Positions 50,601-60,273 of a DNA stretch of 64,000 bases are shown here, piece by piece. A model generated the notes under the pieces. The model did no database searches and was not told where the DNA came from. It was given only the letters and a program-made list of their open reading frames with translations. A program made the position numbers and the translations under genes. The DNA lies in contig CAXBQX010000004.1 of assembly GCA_963978365.1 (NCBI GenBank), forward strand, positions 4,220 to 68,219, in the 5' to 3' direction. The DNA comes from an uncultured Opitutales bacterium. GTDB taxonomy: Bacteria > Verrucomicrobiota > Verrucomicrobiia > Opitutales > Seribacteraceae. Each line of letters opens with the position of its first letter. Positions within the stretch are counted from its first letter, which is position 1.

Positions 50601-51410
50601 CTTCTGTTTAAGAATTTCGGCTTTATTTTGATTAAGTAGTTCAAATTTAAGAGCTTCTTTCTTTCCACCAAGTAAATTGTAAGCATGTGCTTTCCCTCCC
50701 CCCGGATACCAAAGTGGAACCCAGCGTGGAATTTCATCAACTGCACGGTAAGGAGGCACAGAGAAAGATCCCAAACGTCCCATATAATTCCCGTTTAGAT
50801 AATTAATTAATGGGTAAGTTGGCGATTCAGGATAAGCAAAGTTTTCACCATCCGAACGGTAACCTTCATAAAAAAACGGGGGCATTGCACTCACATTAGT
50901 AGGTTCTACAAAACGAGTCTGCACTCCAGAATACAAACAACCTAAAACAACCTGTTTGGGAAATTTCTCCACCAGTTCTCCCATAGCAAAATCGCTTCGA
51001 AACGAGTTTTCTGGAGGTACCAATCTAGACATACTTTTGGGAGTAAATCCAAAGTCGAAAGCGATAGACCGAGCACCTCCTTTTTCAAGTAATGTCATGG
51101 CTGTATCTCTAAAAAAAGCACGATCCCAGGGACGCTCCCCAACTCCCTCCATCGCTAATGTGGAAGCATCAAAATTAACATAGGTGACCTTGGGTATTCT
51201 TGGGACAGTTTTGTTACCTTCTACTTGTATTCTGTCCAAAGCATTCTCTTCAAAGTTTTGAGGAATTTCTCCTCTGTATTGCTTCCTTAAGTCAACAGAT
51301 TTCACTTTCAAATAATCCAGGTATCCGAAGTGATTCAGACCAATCCATATAAAAGGAATCAACAGAAGAGATAAAAAGACGCGTTTTGATTCTTTGCTTA
51401 ACTTAAACAT
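47688..51410 (-). CDS. CHASE2-domain class III adenylate cyclase with large helical insertions
   Basis: CHASE2 motifs (PWDR, IAFDF, IVLIG...D..PTPF, VSVHGN), 3 TM segments, cyclase motifs FSDV, DKYIGDA and YTMMGDMVNLAARCE, and a C-terminal WDGV tail. Confidence 0.9.
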   Translation of the reverse strand: MFKLSKESKRVFLSLLLIPFIWIGLNHFGYLDYLKVKSVDLRKQYRGEIPQNFEENALDRIQVEGNKTVPRIPKVTYVNFDASTLAMEGVGERPWDRAFFRDTAMTLLEKGGARSIAFDFGFTPKSMSRLVPPENSFRSDFAMGELVEKFPKQVVLGCLYSGVQTRFVEPTNVSAMPPFFYEGYRSDGENFAYPESPTYPLINYLNGNYMGRLGSFSVPPYRAVDEIPRWVPLWYPGGGKAHAYNLLGGKKEALKFELLNQNKAEILKQKKVLAELLSKRELLLSDVAKATSSLASWNEKKEDIAQFIKHYLGVQTQLNGMSEEIETLKGTLQAAPALATTLKNQIAERETLISFLCYQISKMGQSGDERVYSVDEIQAELAELEEAIGNFRNTLEANPSLSAVIKPQLENRITRRDELKQLFKAMSVVTTESVLSDTLILLKNKINELNQKQEEVFPQLAKNAATLSEVRERLDALGNIINEKEALLSRLQGDAETELVEVNSTLRLVYKRLPDEENTPSELVISLPNEVPLNNHDRIYTLGVEALLAYYGIGDEQVEISTVRDKMTLYSLSGEKIIEAPLEEDQWIEVNWFSSWGELSATDELKKLTKKYYGEEDFDAYLSLMPDLFRLTLNRVDGLDLQEGDSSVDALKKLGLEAELISVAERLLHQPLEPDQEVPSFNQCMAVLEAIGYYIIPPSIQSVYNPMCGMNKVLEYGNHLDEVKNNILGIKEMILKINDFLEGEKYQNLKKENPNLLLEDEKYQKYLNALQENQQNLAIKEKELAVIETFFDSFKDAIVLIGPEEATFQDLAPTPFDKSPVPKVSVHGNLIKTLANQEFLHRLPVKVDHLATFAVCILMALLAVYQGKRASLVQAGGILLLLGYTYLGFETFAQSHIVWPITAPACAGLSTSFIGLAAMVVIEQKAKGRLKGMFGSYVSSDLVEQMVASGEEPSLGGEETEITAFFSDVQAFSSFSELLTPTGLVDLMNEYLTAMTNILQEERGTLDKYIGDAIVAMYGAPIPMKDHAYQAVRTSILMQQKQIELRKKWVPEVEKWGKCHGLVTQMQTRIGCNTGTATVGNMGALDRFNYTMMGDMVNLAARCESGAKAYGAYIMVTEETKLASEKMKDDIAFRYLDKIVVKGRSQPVAMYEPTGFMSELTQETQDCLDCFQQGIDKYLAQDWTGALNLFEKAKEMEPNKPGVTPGVKDNPSMILIDRCKVMMDNPPGDDWDGVYVMTTK

Positions 51411-51575
51411 CTGAAAATATTCCTTTGTGAATTTTTATATTTCGATTTTTAAACTAGAATTCCTCAGACACTGCATTGAGCAAGTCGAAAAATTGAATAA
51501 GGACTTTTACTTGTAGCTTTTCACTTGGACAAATCGTCTCGTTGAGTACGCTTACCCCTTAACCTTTATAAGCTG

Positions 51576-52589
51576 ATGAACGAGTCTACTAGAGAAAATA
51601 AACCACCTGCACCAGAAGAGCAGGAAAGAATTAAAAGCGAAGCTGCCTGGGTAAGTTTGCTTAGGCAGGAGATAGGCAAAGTTATTGTCGGACAAAAATA
51701 CCTCGTCGACCGGCTCATTGTCGGACTACTCGCAAATGGACATGTTCTGCTTGAAGGAGTTCCTGGATTAGCTAAGACCTTGGCGGTCAAAACATTGGCA
51801 GATTGCATACAAGCAGATTTCAAACGCATTCAGTTTACTCCAGATTTACTACCTGCAGATGTGGTTGGTACTCTCATCTACAATCCTAACCAAGGCGAGT
51901 TCACCACTAAGAAAGGTCCGATCTTTGCAAATTTATTACTTGCGGACGAAATAAACCGTGCACCCGCGAAAGTGCAAAGTGCTTTACTTGAAGGCATGCA
52001 AGAAAGACAGGTAACCATTGGCGATCAAAGTTACTCTCTGCCAAAACCATTCCTTGTGTTAGCAACTGAAAACCCCCTTGACCAGGAAGGTACTTATCCA
52101 TTACCCGAAGCTCAGATGGATCGGTTCATGCTTAAACTTTTGATCAATTATCCGGATCGGTCGGAAGAGCTAAAAATCCTGGATGCGAATGCGAGTGTAA
52201 ATCCGAACCATACGATTAACCCTGTTGTAGATGCGGATACCATTTTTCGCTCTCGGGCAATCATTGATCAAATCTATTTGGATGATAAACTCAAAGGCTA
52301 CCTTGTGGATTTGGTTCTAGCTACTCGAAACCCATCCGATCATGGATTAGCCGACCTCGATGCTTTTATCCATTTTGGTGCATCTCCCCGGGCGACCATA
52401 AGCTTAGCACTAGCAGCCAAAGCGGTGGCATTCACTCAGGGAAGAAGTTTTGTTACCCCCCAAGACCTAAAAGACATCGCGCCTGATGTTTTAAGACATC
52501 GAATTATTGTTAGCTACGAGGCGGAGGCAGAAAATGTATCCAGTGATATGATCATTCAGAAGATTTTAGAAACCGTTCCTGTTCCCTAA
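51576..52589 (+). CDS. moxR: MoxR-family AAA+ ATPase
   Basis: GHVLLEGVPGLAKT, RIQFTPDLLPAD, LADEINR, EGTYPLPEAQMDRF and GASPRA. Confidence 0.95.
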   Translation: MNESTRENKPPAPEEQERIKSEAAWVSLLRQEIGKVIVGQKYLVDRLIVGLLANGHVLLEGVPGLAKTLAVKTLADCIQADFKRIQFTPDLLPADVVGTLIYNPNQGEFTTKKGPIFANLLLADEINRAPAKVQSALLEGMQERQVTIGDQSYSLPKPFLVLATENPLDQEGTYPLPEAQMDRFMLKLLINYPDRSEELKILDANASVNPNHTINPVVDADTIFRSRAIIDQIYLDDKLKGYLVDLVLATRNPSDHGLADLDAFIHFGASPRATISLALAAKAVAFTQGRSFVTPQDLKDIAPDVLRHRIIVSYEAEAENVSSDMIIQKILETVPVP

Positions 52590-52627
52590 TTTTCGTACTA
52601 TTCAATCTTCTTTTTTAGCTTAGATTA

Positions 52628-53563
52628 ATGAGCGATCACGATGCTGAAGATACGCGAGAAATTTTGCGTAAAGTCAGGCAAATTGAAATTCGTTCAAACC
52701 GACTGGTCGCCGAATTGTTCGCTGGTTCCTACCACAGTGCCTTTAAAGGCCAAGGGATAGACTTTGAGGAAGTTAGAGAGTATCAGCCAGGGGATGAGGT
52801 TCGCACCATCGATTGGAATGTTACAGCAAGAGAGGGATTTCCTTTCGTCAAACAATACAAGGAAGAGCGGGAACTAACGATCGTTCTAGCTGTAGATATT
52901 TCCAAGAGTACCCAATACGGTTCATCCTTCGAAAGTAAGCGAGAGAAACTTGCCGAATTGGCTGCTCTCGTTGCTTTTTCTGCTTGTCGAAACGGCGATA
53001 AAGTTGGGCTTTTATTATTTTCTGATCAAACTGAGCTCTATCTTCCACCGGCCAAAGGGCACAAACATGCTTTGCGCATCCTCAGAGAGGTTTTATTTAG
53101 ACCTACACAGGGAAAAGGCACCGAGCTCAACCGAGCTGTTCAGGAACTTAATCAAGTTACCCGTAGAAGGGCTGTCATATTCCTATTATCAGACTTCATT
53201 GTAGATCAAGTATTAAGCAATGAGGAAGGATCTGCCCATGAAGTCCTTTATCATCAACTTTCATACACGAGATTAAAGCACGACTTAATTTGTGTTCGAG
53301 TCTTTGATCCCAGAGAAACAGAATTACCTGATGTCGGATTAATTGATCTAAAAGATTTAGAGACAGACCAAACAATTACCTTGGACACTTCAGATTCAAA
53401 TACACGAAAAAGATATGCGGAAATTTATCGTAAAAAATCGGAAATTATTTCTCAAAAATTAAAAAAGCGTGGCATAGACGAATTTATTCTTTCCACCCAA
53501 GGAGATTATTCTAAAGACCTCTTTTCATTTTTTAAAAGAAGGGGAAAAAGGAGGTTTGGATGA
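52628..53563 (+). CDS. DUF58 protein
   Basis: FKGQGIDFEEVREYQPGDEVRTIDWNVTAR, EERE, VDISKS and LSDF. Confidence 0.93.
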   Translation: MSDHDAEDTREILRKVRQIEIRSNRLVAELFAGSYHSAFKGQGIDFEEVREYQPGDEVRTIDWNVTAREGFPFVKQYKEERELTIVLAVDISKSTQYGSSFESKREKLAELAALVAFSACRNGDKVGLLLFSDQTELYLPPAKGHKHALRILREVLFRPTQGKGTELNRAVQELNQVTRRRAVIFLLSDFIVDQVLSNEEGSAHEVLYHQLSYTRLKHDLICVRVFDPRETELPDVGLIDLKDLETDQTITLDTSDSNTRKRYAEIYRKKSEIISQKLKKRGIDEFILSTQGDYSKDLFSFFKRRGKRRFG

Positions 53564-54171
53564 CATTATTAATAAATGTCACAAAGCCATACCTGCTCGA
53601 TCTGGATTTAAGGTCAGAATCTCCCCTGCCAATCCTTAAATCTATCTCAGCGGTGTTGAAGGAAAATTTTTGGGTTCTCCTCGCATGCGTTTTTGTATCC
53701 ATAATCTGTTTCCTCTTTTACCTTCTCTCCAAAAGAAAAAAAGCAGAGGAAATTGTTGAAAATAAAGTAATTGAAATTGATCCCTTCGAAGAAGCCTTCG
53801 AGCAGATGAAACTTTTAGCGGAATCGTCTCCAAGATTAGCCCCGAAACCATTCATCTTTAAGCTATCTGAAATCATACGCCTTTTCATAGAGCGACAATT
53901 TAAAATACCAGCACTGGAACAAACCGGTGAAGAGTTTTTACGGGGAATAGCTAAGCACTCTTTCTTACAGCAAAAGTTTGAAAAATTATTAGCAGAATTT
54001 GTATTAAAAGGAGATCGTATAAAGTACTCATCTGATTCATTTCTCTCGGGAGATCTAGATGACCTTTTGGCAACGGCTCAGGGTTTTGTTGAGCAAGTAC
54101 GGCACGAACTGAACCTTCTTAAGGTGCGGGAAAAAGAAGAGCAAATACTTACCCAAAAGACTGGGTCTTAA
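53560..54171 (+). CDS. Membrane protein of the MoxR/Bat operon (DUF4381-like)
   Basis: Single TM, LSEIIRLFIERQF..PALEQTGEEFL and DRIKY, in the expected operon position. Confidence 0.7.
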   Translation: MTLLINVTKPYLLDLDLRSESPLPILKSISAVLKENFWVLLACVFVSIICFLFYLLSKRKKAEEIVENKVIEIDPFEEAFEQMKLLAESSPRLAPKPFIFKLSEIIRLFIERQFKIPALEQTGEEFLRGIAKHSFLQQKFEKLLAEFVLKGDRIKYSSDSFLSGDLDDLLATAQGFVEQVRHELNLLKVREKEEQILTQKTGS

Positions 54172-55226
54172 TGAATATGTTATTTGAAAACTTCCACTTT
54201 GCAGATCCCTATTGGGCTCTGCTGGTCCTTTTGCTCCCTCTTTTGCCTTGGATCAAGAGAAAGTACATATCGAGGAAGACCAACCTGCTCTTCCCATCTG
54301 TCTCGACTCAGATTTCCGCGGGTACACCCATCTCCCAAAGATGGCTCTGGGTTCCTTATTTTCTGCGAAATGTATCGATCCTGCTTGCGATTACAGCAAT
54401 GTGCAGACCCCAAGTTGATCTTAGTACAAGTAGTGTTCTTTCGAGCGGAGTAGATATTGTTCTGGCGATAGACTTATCGGCTTCGATGCTCGCCTTAGAT
54501 ATGAGTGACTCCTTGGCTCAAGAAGTCACAAGGCTTGATGTAGTGCAAGAAGTTCTTGCGGACTTCATCCATAAAAGAAAACACGATCGTATAGGTCTGG
54601 TCGCCTTCTCCATGGACCCTTATCTGGTCAGTGCCCTTACGCTTGACAAAGAGCACCTACAAAAAAACCTAGAAAGGCTTAAAGTGGGTCTTACTCATGA
54701 GACAGGAACCAATATTGGATCTGCTCTTGCCGAAGGAATTAATCGTTTAAGGAACCTGGAATCGAAATCCAAAATACTTATCTTATTAACCGACGGGAAA
54801 GATGAACCTGCACCCATTCACAGCCCTCTGATCTATGCCAATGGTGCAAAAGCGGATGGAATCAAAATCTATACCATTGCCGTAGGATCAAGCACCCGAA
54901 CCAGAACATACCTTTTCGACTCCAACGCCAGAGACCTCATTCGTGCCCCTAATGGACAACCAATTGTTCGCATGGCAGACTACCCGGTAGACAAAGAAAT
55001 TCTTGCTCAAATCTCCAACCTCTCTGGAGCTCAGTTTTTTGAGGCAAAAGATAAGACCTCCTTACAAGAGATCTACAACGAAATTGACAGGCTAGAAAAA
55101 ACGGATGTTGAAATGCAGGTTAATGCTCTTTTTGAAGATCTGTATCAGTGGCCTCTCACCGCAGCTCTTTTTCTATTATGTTGCGAATTTATCCTTTCCA
55201 GAACCCGCTACCTTAAAATCCCTTGA
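54171..55226 (+). CDS. batA: BatA-like VWA domain membrane protein
   Basis: N-terminal F.DP.W.L, MIDAS DLSAS, DRIGLVAF, LLTDG and IYNEIDRLEKT. Confidence 0.88.
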   Translation: MNMLFENFHFADPYWALLVLLLPLLPWIKRKYISRKTNLLFPSVSTQISAGTPISQRWLWVPYFLRNVSILLAITAMCRPQVDLSTSSVLSSGVDIVLAIDLSASMLALDMSDSLAQEVTRLDVVQEVLADFIHKRKHDRIGLVAFSMDPYLVSALTLDKEHLQKNLERLKVGLTHETGTNIGSALAEGINRLRNLESKSKILILLTDGKDEPAPIHSPLIYANGAKADGIKIYTIAVGSSTRTRTYLFDSNARDLIRAPNGQPIVRMADYPVDKEILAQISNLSGAQFFEAKDKTSLQEIYNEIDRLEKTDVEMQVNALFEDLYQWPLTAALFLLCCEFILSRTRYLKIP

Positions 55227-57628
55227 GTTTTTTTGGACAACCCGAATTGTTACTTTTAATCCCTATTATTTCAGGGATCCTAGGCTTTGTATTTTTTAAA
55301 AGCCAGAATTCAGCTGATAAAAAGTTAAGGTTATTGGTTGCAAGTAAGTTCATCAAAGACTTGATTCCATTATCTTCCAAAAAAAGAAAGTTTTTGAAGT
55401 TCTTGGTCTTTATTTTTGGATTTTCTTTCCTGGTCATAGCACTGGCAGAACCACAATGGGGAGAGAACCAAAGAAGTGTATCCCCTAAAAGCATTGATAT
55501 CTTAATCGCGGTGGATTTATCGAAAAGTATGCTGGCAAGGGATGTTAGGCCCAATCGGTTGGAGAGAGTTAAATTAACCCTTAATAACCTACTTCCCACT
55601 GTTCAAGGTGATCGTTTGGGCCTTATCGGATTCTCGGGCACTGCATTTGTACAATGCCCTCTTACTTTAGATCATCAGGCGTTTACTAAAAGTCTAAATG
55701 ATTTGCAGGTGGGATTAATCCCGGTTCCTGGAACCAATCTTTCCAAACCTATTGAAGAAGCTCAACGCACCTTTTCCAGGGATGATACGGATAAATTCTT
55801 GATCTTAATTTCAGATGGAGAGGATTTGGAGGGGCAGGGATTATCCAAAGCCAAGGAAGTGGCCAAAGAGGGGATTAAAATTTTCACCATAGGAATTGGA
55901 TCGGAAGAAGGGTCTTTCATACCGACTGACCCAGTAAATCAGAATGCACAAAGCTTCCTAACCGATAGATCCGGCAAAAGAGTGTTAACTCGATTGGATG
56001 AAGATGCCCTCAGAAACATTGCTTCCAGCACTGGTGGTCAATACATTCAGATTGGATCTACAGGGGAAGGTATTGCTCATGTTTTCTCTGAATTACAAAC
56101 CTTTGGTCTTAAGAAGGCTCGCCAACAATTGTCTACATCTCTCCCGATTAACAGATACCAAATTTTTGTTTTTCTCGGACTTATTTTTCTGATTTCTGAA
56201 ATCCTTACTTCCACGGCAAGAAAGAGAGTTTCCTCAGCTAGTCTTAGCCTTTTTCTTTTTTTGTTATTCTTTTTCCCAGGGTGCTGGAAAACTGAAAATA
56301 TCAAATTGGCAGAAGAAGCCGTCGAAAATGAAGATCCCCTAAAAGCAGCTAAACTTTATCTCAAAGAAGCAGAAAATATTGAAGATCGGGAAAGCCGTGA
56401 TCTAGGTAAATTATACTTGAATGCGGGCCTAGCTTACCTGGATGCTGGACAGTTAGAAGAAGCTGAAAAATATCTTCACCTATCTTTAAATGCATTAACG
56501 GACTTCCCTGAATTACAATCCAAGGCCTTAAGTGCTCTTGGAAATCTTCACTACACAAAGACAAATACCTACTTAGACAAGCAAGATGTAAATCGAGCTA
56601 GAGGTTCGTGGGAAAAAGCTAAGGAATTCTACTCTTCATCCCTTTCCATCAATGGAAATTCCATTGCGAAAGAAAACCTTCAATACCTTAATCAACAGAT
56701 TACTGATAAGATTGAGGCATTCGTTTCCAAGGTTCAAGGTATAGTATGGAGAGACATAAACGGAAATGGACAGCAGGACAGTAATGAACCCTTACTTTCA
56801 GCCAAGGTTTTTTGGGATCGGAATAGCGACGGGGACCTTAATGATTCCCTCGAACCATTTGTGGAAACTAACTCAAAGGGACAGTTTGCATTTGAATGGA
56901 TTTCAGGGATATATCCTACCTCATTGAAAATTGGTTCTGAGCTTGTTACGGAGGAGAATCGATCTTCCGATCTTTTACTACTCCCCCTTTTCCAACCACC
57001 ACCTCCCCCACTTAACCCGAACCAAGTAAAGAATCATTTCCTGAAATTGGATAAACCCTCAACATATTCAATGATGATTCCATGGCGGGCTGCCCCGATC
57101 ATAAGGGGTAAGGTTTGGAATGACCAAAATCGTAATTCTTTCCAGGACCAAAATGAGTCAGGAACATCTACAGTAACCATTTTTCTGGACGGAAATGGGA
57201 ACTCACAACTAGATCAAAATGAAACATCCTTTAAACCGAGTAAAGATGGTAGCTTTTCCCATATTTCCTCGCCTGGTCAGTACGCAGTATGCATCCAACC
57301 AGACAATCCTGAGGCAAACATCACCCTGCCTCTTGAAAACCCTCATGCCTACTTGACCTGGATAGATTTTGAGAAATCTACCGAGCCACTCTTATTCGGA
57401 ATTTATGAACCACCTTCGGATAACAACTCCTCGGATTCGCAGAACCAGCAAAATGAAATGAACGAGGAGCCCGAAGAACAAGAAAACTATGATCCTTCGG
57501 AAGATGCCAATTTTCAGGAAACCAACGCATTGTATGAAAGGTTGTTACAGGAAACTGAATCAAAAAGTAAGCCACTACAAGTAGAAGTTCAGCGATATGA
57601 CCCGACTCTCACGGGTCGAGATTACTGA
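55223..57628 (+). CDS. BatB/BatC-like fusion: VWA + TPR + two SdrD-B-like domains
   Basis: MIDAS DLSKS, P.RLE, ISDGED, TPR-like helices, two G.VW.D.N.N...D.NE repeats and an acidic/Gln tail ending RDY. Confidence 0.8.
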   Translation: MSFFGQPELLLLIPIISGILGFVFFKSQNSADKKLRLLVASKFIKDLIPLSSKKRKFLKFLVFIFGFSFLVIALAEPQWGENQRSVSPKSIDILIAVDLSKSMLARDVRPNRLERVKLTLNNLLPTVQGDRLGLIGFSGTAFVQCPLTLDHQAFTKSLNDLQVGLIPVPGTNLSKPIEEAQRTFSRDDTDKFLILISDGEDLEGQGLSKAKEVAKEGIKIFTIGIGSEEGSFIPTDPVNQNAQSFLTDRSGKRVLTRLDEDALRNIASSTGGQYIQIGSTGEGIAHVFSELQTFGLKKARQQLSTSLPINRYQIFVFLGLIFLISEILTSTARKRVSSASLSLFLFLLFFFPGCWKTENIKLAEEAVENEDPLKAAKLYLKEAENIEDRESRDLGKLYLNAGLAYLDAGQLEEAEKYLHLSLNALTDFPELQSKALSALGNLHYTKTNTYLDKQDVNRARGSWEKAKEFYSSSLSINGNSIAKENLQYLNQQITDKIEAFVSKVQGIVWRDINGNGQQDSNEPLLSAKVFWDRNSDGDLNDSLEPFVETNSKGQFAFEWISGIYPTSLKIGSELVTEENRSSDLLLLPLFQPPPPPLNPNQVKNHFLKLDKPSTYSMMIPWRAAPIIRGKVWNDQNRNSFQDQNESGTSTVTIFLDGNGNSQLDQNETSFKPSKDGSFSHISSPGQYAVCIQPDNPEANITLPLENPHAYLTWIDFEKSTEPLLFGIYEPPSDNNSSDSQNQQNEMNEEPEEQENYDPSEDANFQETNALYERLLQETESKSKPLQVEVQRYDPTLTGRDY

Positions 57629-59424
57629 TGATTTTTAAATATTACTCTATCCTCATGCTTGCCTTTTATGTAGGGGGCACAACCTTGCTTGCTCAGGGAA
57701 AGGTTCGGGTCGAGACTTCCTTCGAGCCAACAACTATTACTTTATCCAATACATCTACCTACAAAATTATTATTCACGGTAGCCAACAAGCCCCCGGGGG
57801 ATCTGTCCCCCCAGTCGATGGCTTGAATTTCTCATCTCCGCCGAGAACCCTTCGGTCTGCCTCATTCGTCAATGGAGTACCTTCCGTAAGATTCGAATTA
57901 ACTTTTACAGTGACTCCAGAAAAAACTGGCACATACACTGTTCCTGCCTGGGAAGTTCGAGTGGAGAACGGAACCTATAAGGTACCATCTGCCCAGTTGC
58001 AGGTACTTCCTCCGAATCAAAAAGATAAACTTCGACAAGCTGAACAAAGCCAACAGCAGGAAGACCTTCGACAGGCCGCTTTTATGGAGTTCTCTAGTCC
58101 TAGGCCTTTTTTATTCAAAGGGGAAACTGTTGAAGCACAAGTAAGTCTCTACCTTTGGGATAGGCTGCCAGTTACCCGAATAGATCAAGTGCCATTCAAA
58201 AATGTCGATAGCGTATCAGTCACTGAACTTGGCCAACCAATAGAACAACGTAATATAAAAAGATTTAACAAGACCTACTCAGTTTATACTTGGGTCTTTG
58301 GCCTTACGGGAGCCATTGTCGGGACCCACAAAATCCATTTTGAGTCATCAATCCGAGTAAGGGTCAAAAATAACCGAAATTCCCCATTTAATAATCCCTT
58401 TTTCAATGATCCTTTTTTTGGATTTGGCAGGGAAGAAGGATTACAAGTTCTCTCCAACTCCATAGATTTAGAGATTAAATCCCTTCCGCAAGCCAATCGG
58501 CCAGACTTTTTTCAAGGTGCTATTGGTAATCTCAAGATCCAAACAAGCCCCAATACGGATCATGTTACTGTCGGAGATCCAATCAGATTAACCTGCTCAA
58601 TATCAGGAAGTGGTAATTTTGGAGCCATGCCAGCTCCTGTTTTATCTTTGGGTAAGGATTTTAAATCTGGCCCCCCCGCCTTTTCATTTAATGGAAATGA
58701 GAAAACGAAACAACAAGGTGCCCAGATATTTGAATACATTGTGACACCACTAAAGGCTGGCATTCTAGAAATCCCTCCAGTCTCTTTTTCCTATTTCAAC
58801 CCTGAGCTCGAAGAATATTATTCGATAAGATCAGAATCCCATCAGATTCGAGTAGACCCAGGTGAAGAATGGGTTCAGCCAGCAGTTAACTCTTCGATTG
58901 ATGCAACGAAACAGATTCTCCCCCTGCATACCCAAGATTTGTTTCAAACAGAATCGGACCCTGGCGAATGGAAACCCACCTTAGCATTATCTGAACCTCG
59001 GTATTCATATTGGTTTTGGCTTCTTCAAGCCTTCTCATTCATCTTGGCTATTTCAATTGGGCTTCTTCGCCTTAAAAAGAGCTCATCTTCTACTAATTTG
59101 CTAAAGCAAAAAGAGAAGTTGCTCTCTCTTAAAATTCGAGACGCATTGAAACACAAAGATGTAGCTGGATTTTATCGCAACCTTAGCAAAAGCATCAAAC
59201 TAAGAGTAGGTATCGCCTGTCATTATTCAAATACTCAGGCACTATCGAGCTCTGAGGTTATTCATTTGCTACAAAACTCTTCTCTCTCTCAAGAAATTGT
59301 CCAAGAAGTTATTCAACTCTTGAATCAATGCGACGAGCAAGAATATGCAGGTTCAACTTCAGGCAAAGAAAAACTTGAAGTTATCTTCCACAAAACTCAG
59401 TCACTCATGAAGAAAATAAAGTGA
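57628..59424 (+). CDS. batD: BatD-like protein
   Basis: Signal peptide, Ig-like repeats, FNDPFFG loop, F.GAIG, G.GNF, FSYFNP and a C-terminal TM. Confidence 0.85.
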   Translation: MIFKYYSILMLAFYVGGTTLLAQGKVRVETSFEPTTITLSNTSTYKIIIHGSQQAPGGSVPPVDGLNFSSPPRTLRSASFVNGVPSVRFELTFTVTPEKTGTYTVPAWEVRVENGTYKVPSAQLQVLPPNQKDKLRQAEQSQQQEDLRQAAFMEFSSPRPFLFKGETVEAQVSLYLWDRLPVTRIDQVPFKNVDSVSVTELGQPIEQRNIKRFNKTYSVYTWVFGLTGAIVGTHKIHFESSIRVRVKNNRNSPFNNPFFNDPFFGFGREEGLQVLSNSIDLEIKSLPQANRPDFFQGAIGNLKIQTSPNTDHVTVGDPIRLTCSISGSGNFGAMPAPVLSLGKDFKSGPPAFSFNGNEKTKQQGAQIFEYIVTPLKAGILEIPPVSFSYFNPELEEYYSIRSESHQIRVDPGEEWVQPAVNSSIDATKQILPLHTQDLFQTESDPGEWKPTLALSEPRYSYWFWLLQAFSFILAISIGLLRLKKSSSSTNLLKQKEKLLSLKIRDALKHKDVAGFYRNLSKSIKLRVGIACHYSNTQALSSSEVIHLLQNSSLSQEIVQEVIQLLNQCDEQEYAGSTSGKEKLEVIFHKTQSLMKKIK

Positions 59425-60227
59425 AAAAACATTACCTTATTCTTTTCATATTCTTTCTCCCGAGTTGCTTTTGCATGGGAGATTCTAAGGAGCAAATGTT
59501 TTATGATGCGGTCAGGGCTGAAGCGTCAGGCGACCTGCAACAGGCACTCAATATTTACTCAAATATTTCAAGTCACGCACATTCCGCACCCCTACACGCC
59601 AACCTTGCCAATCTGTACTACAAAGTAAGTGACTATCCACTCAGTGTTTTGCATTTCCGCAAAGCCCTGCTCCTCAGCCCTCAAAATCGTGAATACTCAT
59701 CTTCTTTATCTCTAGCTTTAGATAAATGCGGTATTCCTCCAGATCAGAGAGAGGACACAAATCTTTCCTTTCCCATTAAGTTTTATCCTTACTCACATTT
59801 TCTTTTAAGTGCTTTGATTTGGGGTGGAATCATCACATTCATTTGGTTCTTTCGCTTTCCATTGAAAGGTAAATTTTTCTACCTAATTATATGCATCTGG
59901 GTCACCTCGGTGATCTTACTCTACCGTTACTATGATCAATGCAATGATCTGTTATCCACTCTCAAACATGAGGGGATCGCTTATCACCCGTCAGTCCTTG
60001 AAGCTAACCAAACCAATGAGGTTGCTTTGAGAGTTTTTGCTGGAAATGGAAGTAGCTCGAACACAGTGGTTCCAGCTGGTACCAGTTTATTTTTAGATCT
60101 TGGCAAGGATGATCAACCGAGAGTTCACTCCAGTCCAAGTGGAGAAAAATGGTTTCTTGTACGGAGCTTCTCCGGTGCGAACAAGGGTTGGGTACGAGAA
60201 GATGAATTTATTAAAATCATAAATTAA
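59421..60227 (+). CDS. batE: BatE-like TPR + SH3-like protein
   Basis: TPR (HANLANLYYK...FRKALLLSP), two TM segments and a C-terminal W..V.....KGWV. Confidence 0.72.
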   Translation: MKKHYLILFIFFLPSCFCMGDSKEQMFYDAVRAEASGDLQQALNIYSNISSHAHSAPLHANLANLYYKVSDYPLSVLHFRKALLLSPQNREYSSSLSLALDKCGIPPDQREDTNLSFPIKFYPYSHFLLSALIWGGIITFIWFFRFPLKGKFFYLIICIWVTSVILLYRYYDQCNDLLSTLKHEGIAYHPSVLEANQTNEVALRVFAGNGSSSNTVVPAGTSLFLDLGKDDQPRVHSSPSGEKWFLVRSFSGANKGWVREDEFIKIIN

Positions 60228-60273
60228 CCGACTCGTTCTCTACTGGTTTGGTAAAATTAGGGTTTGCGGGAAG

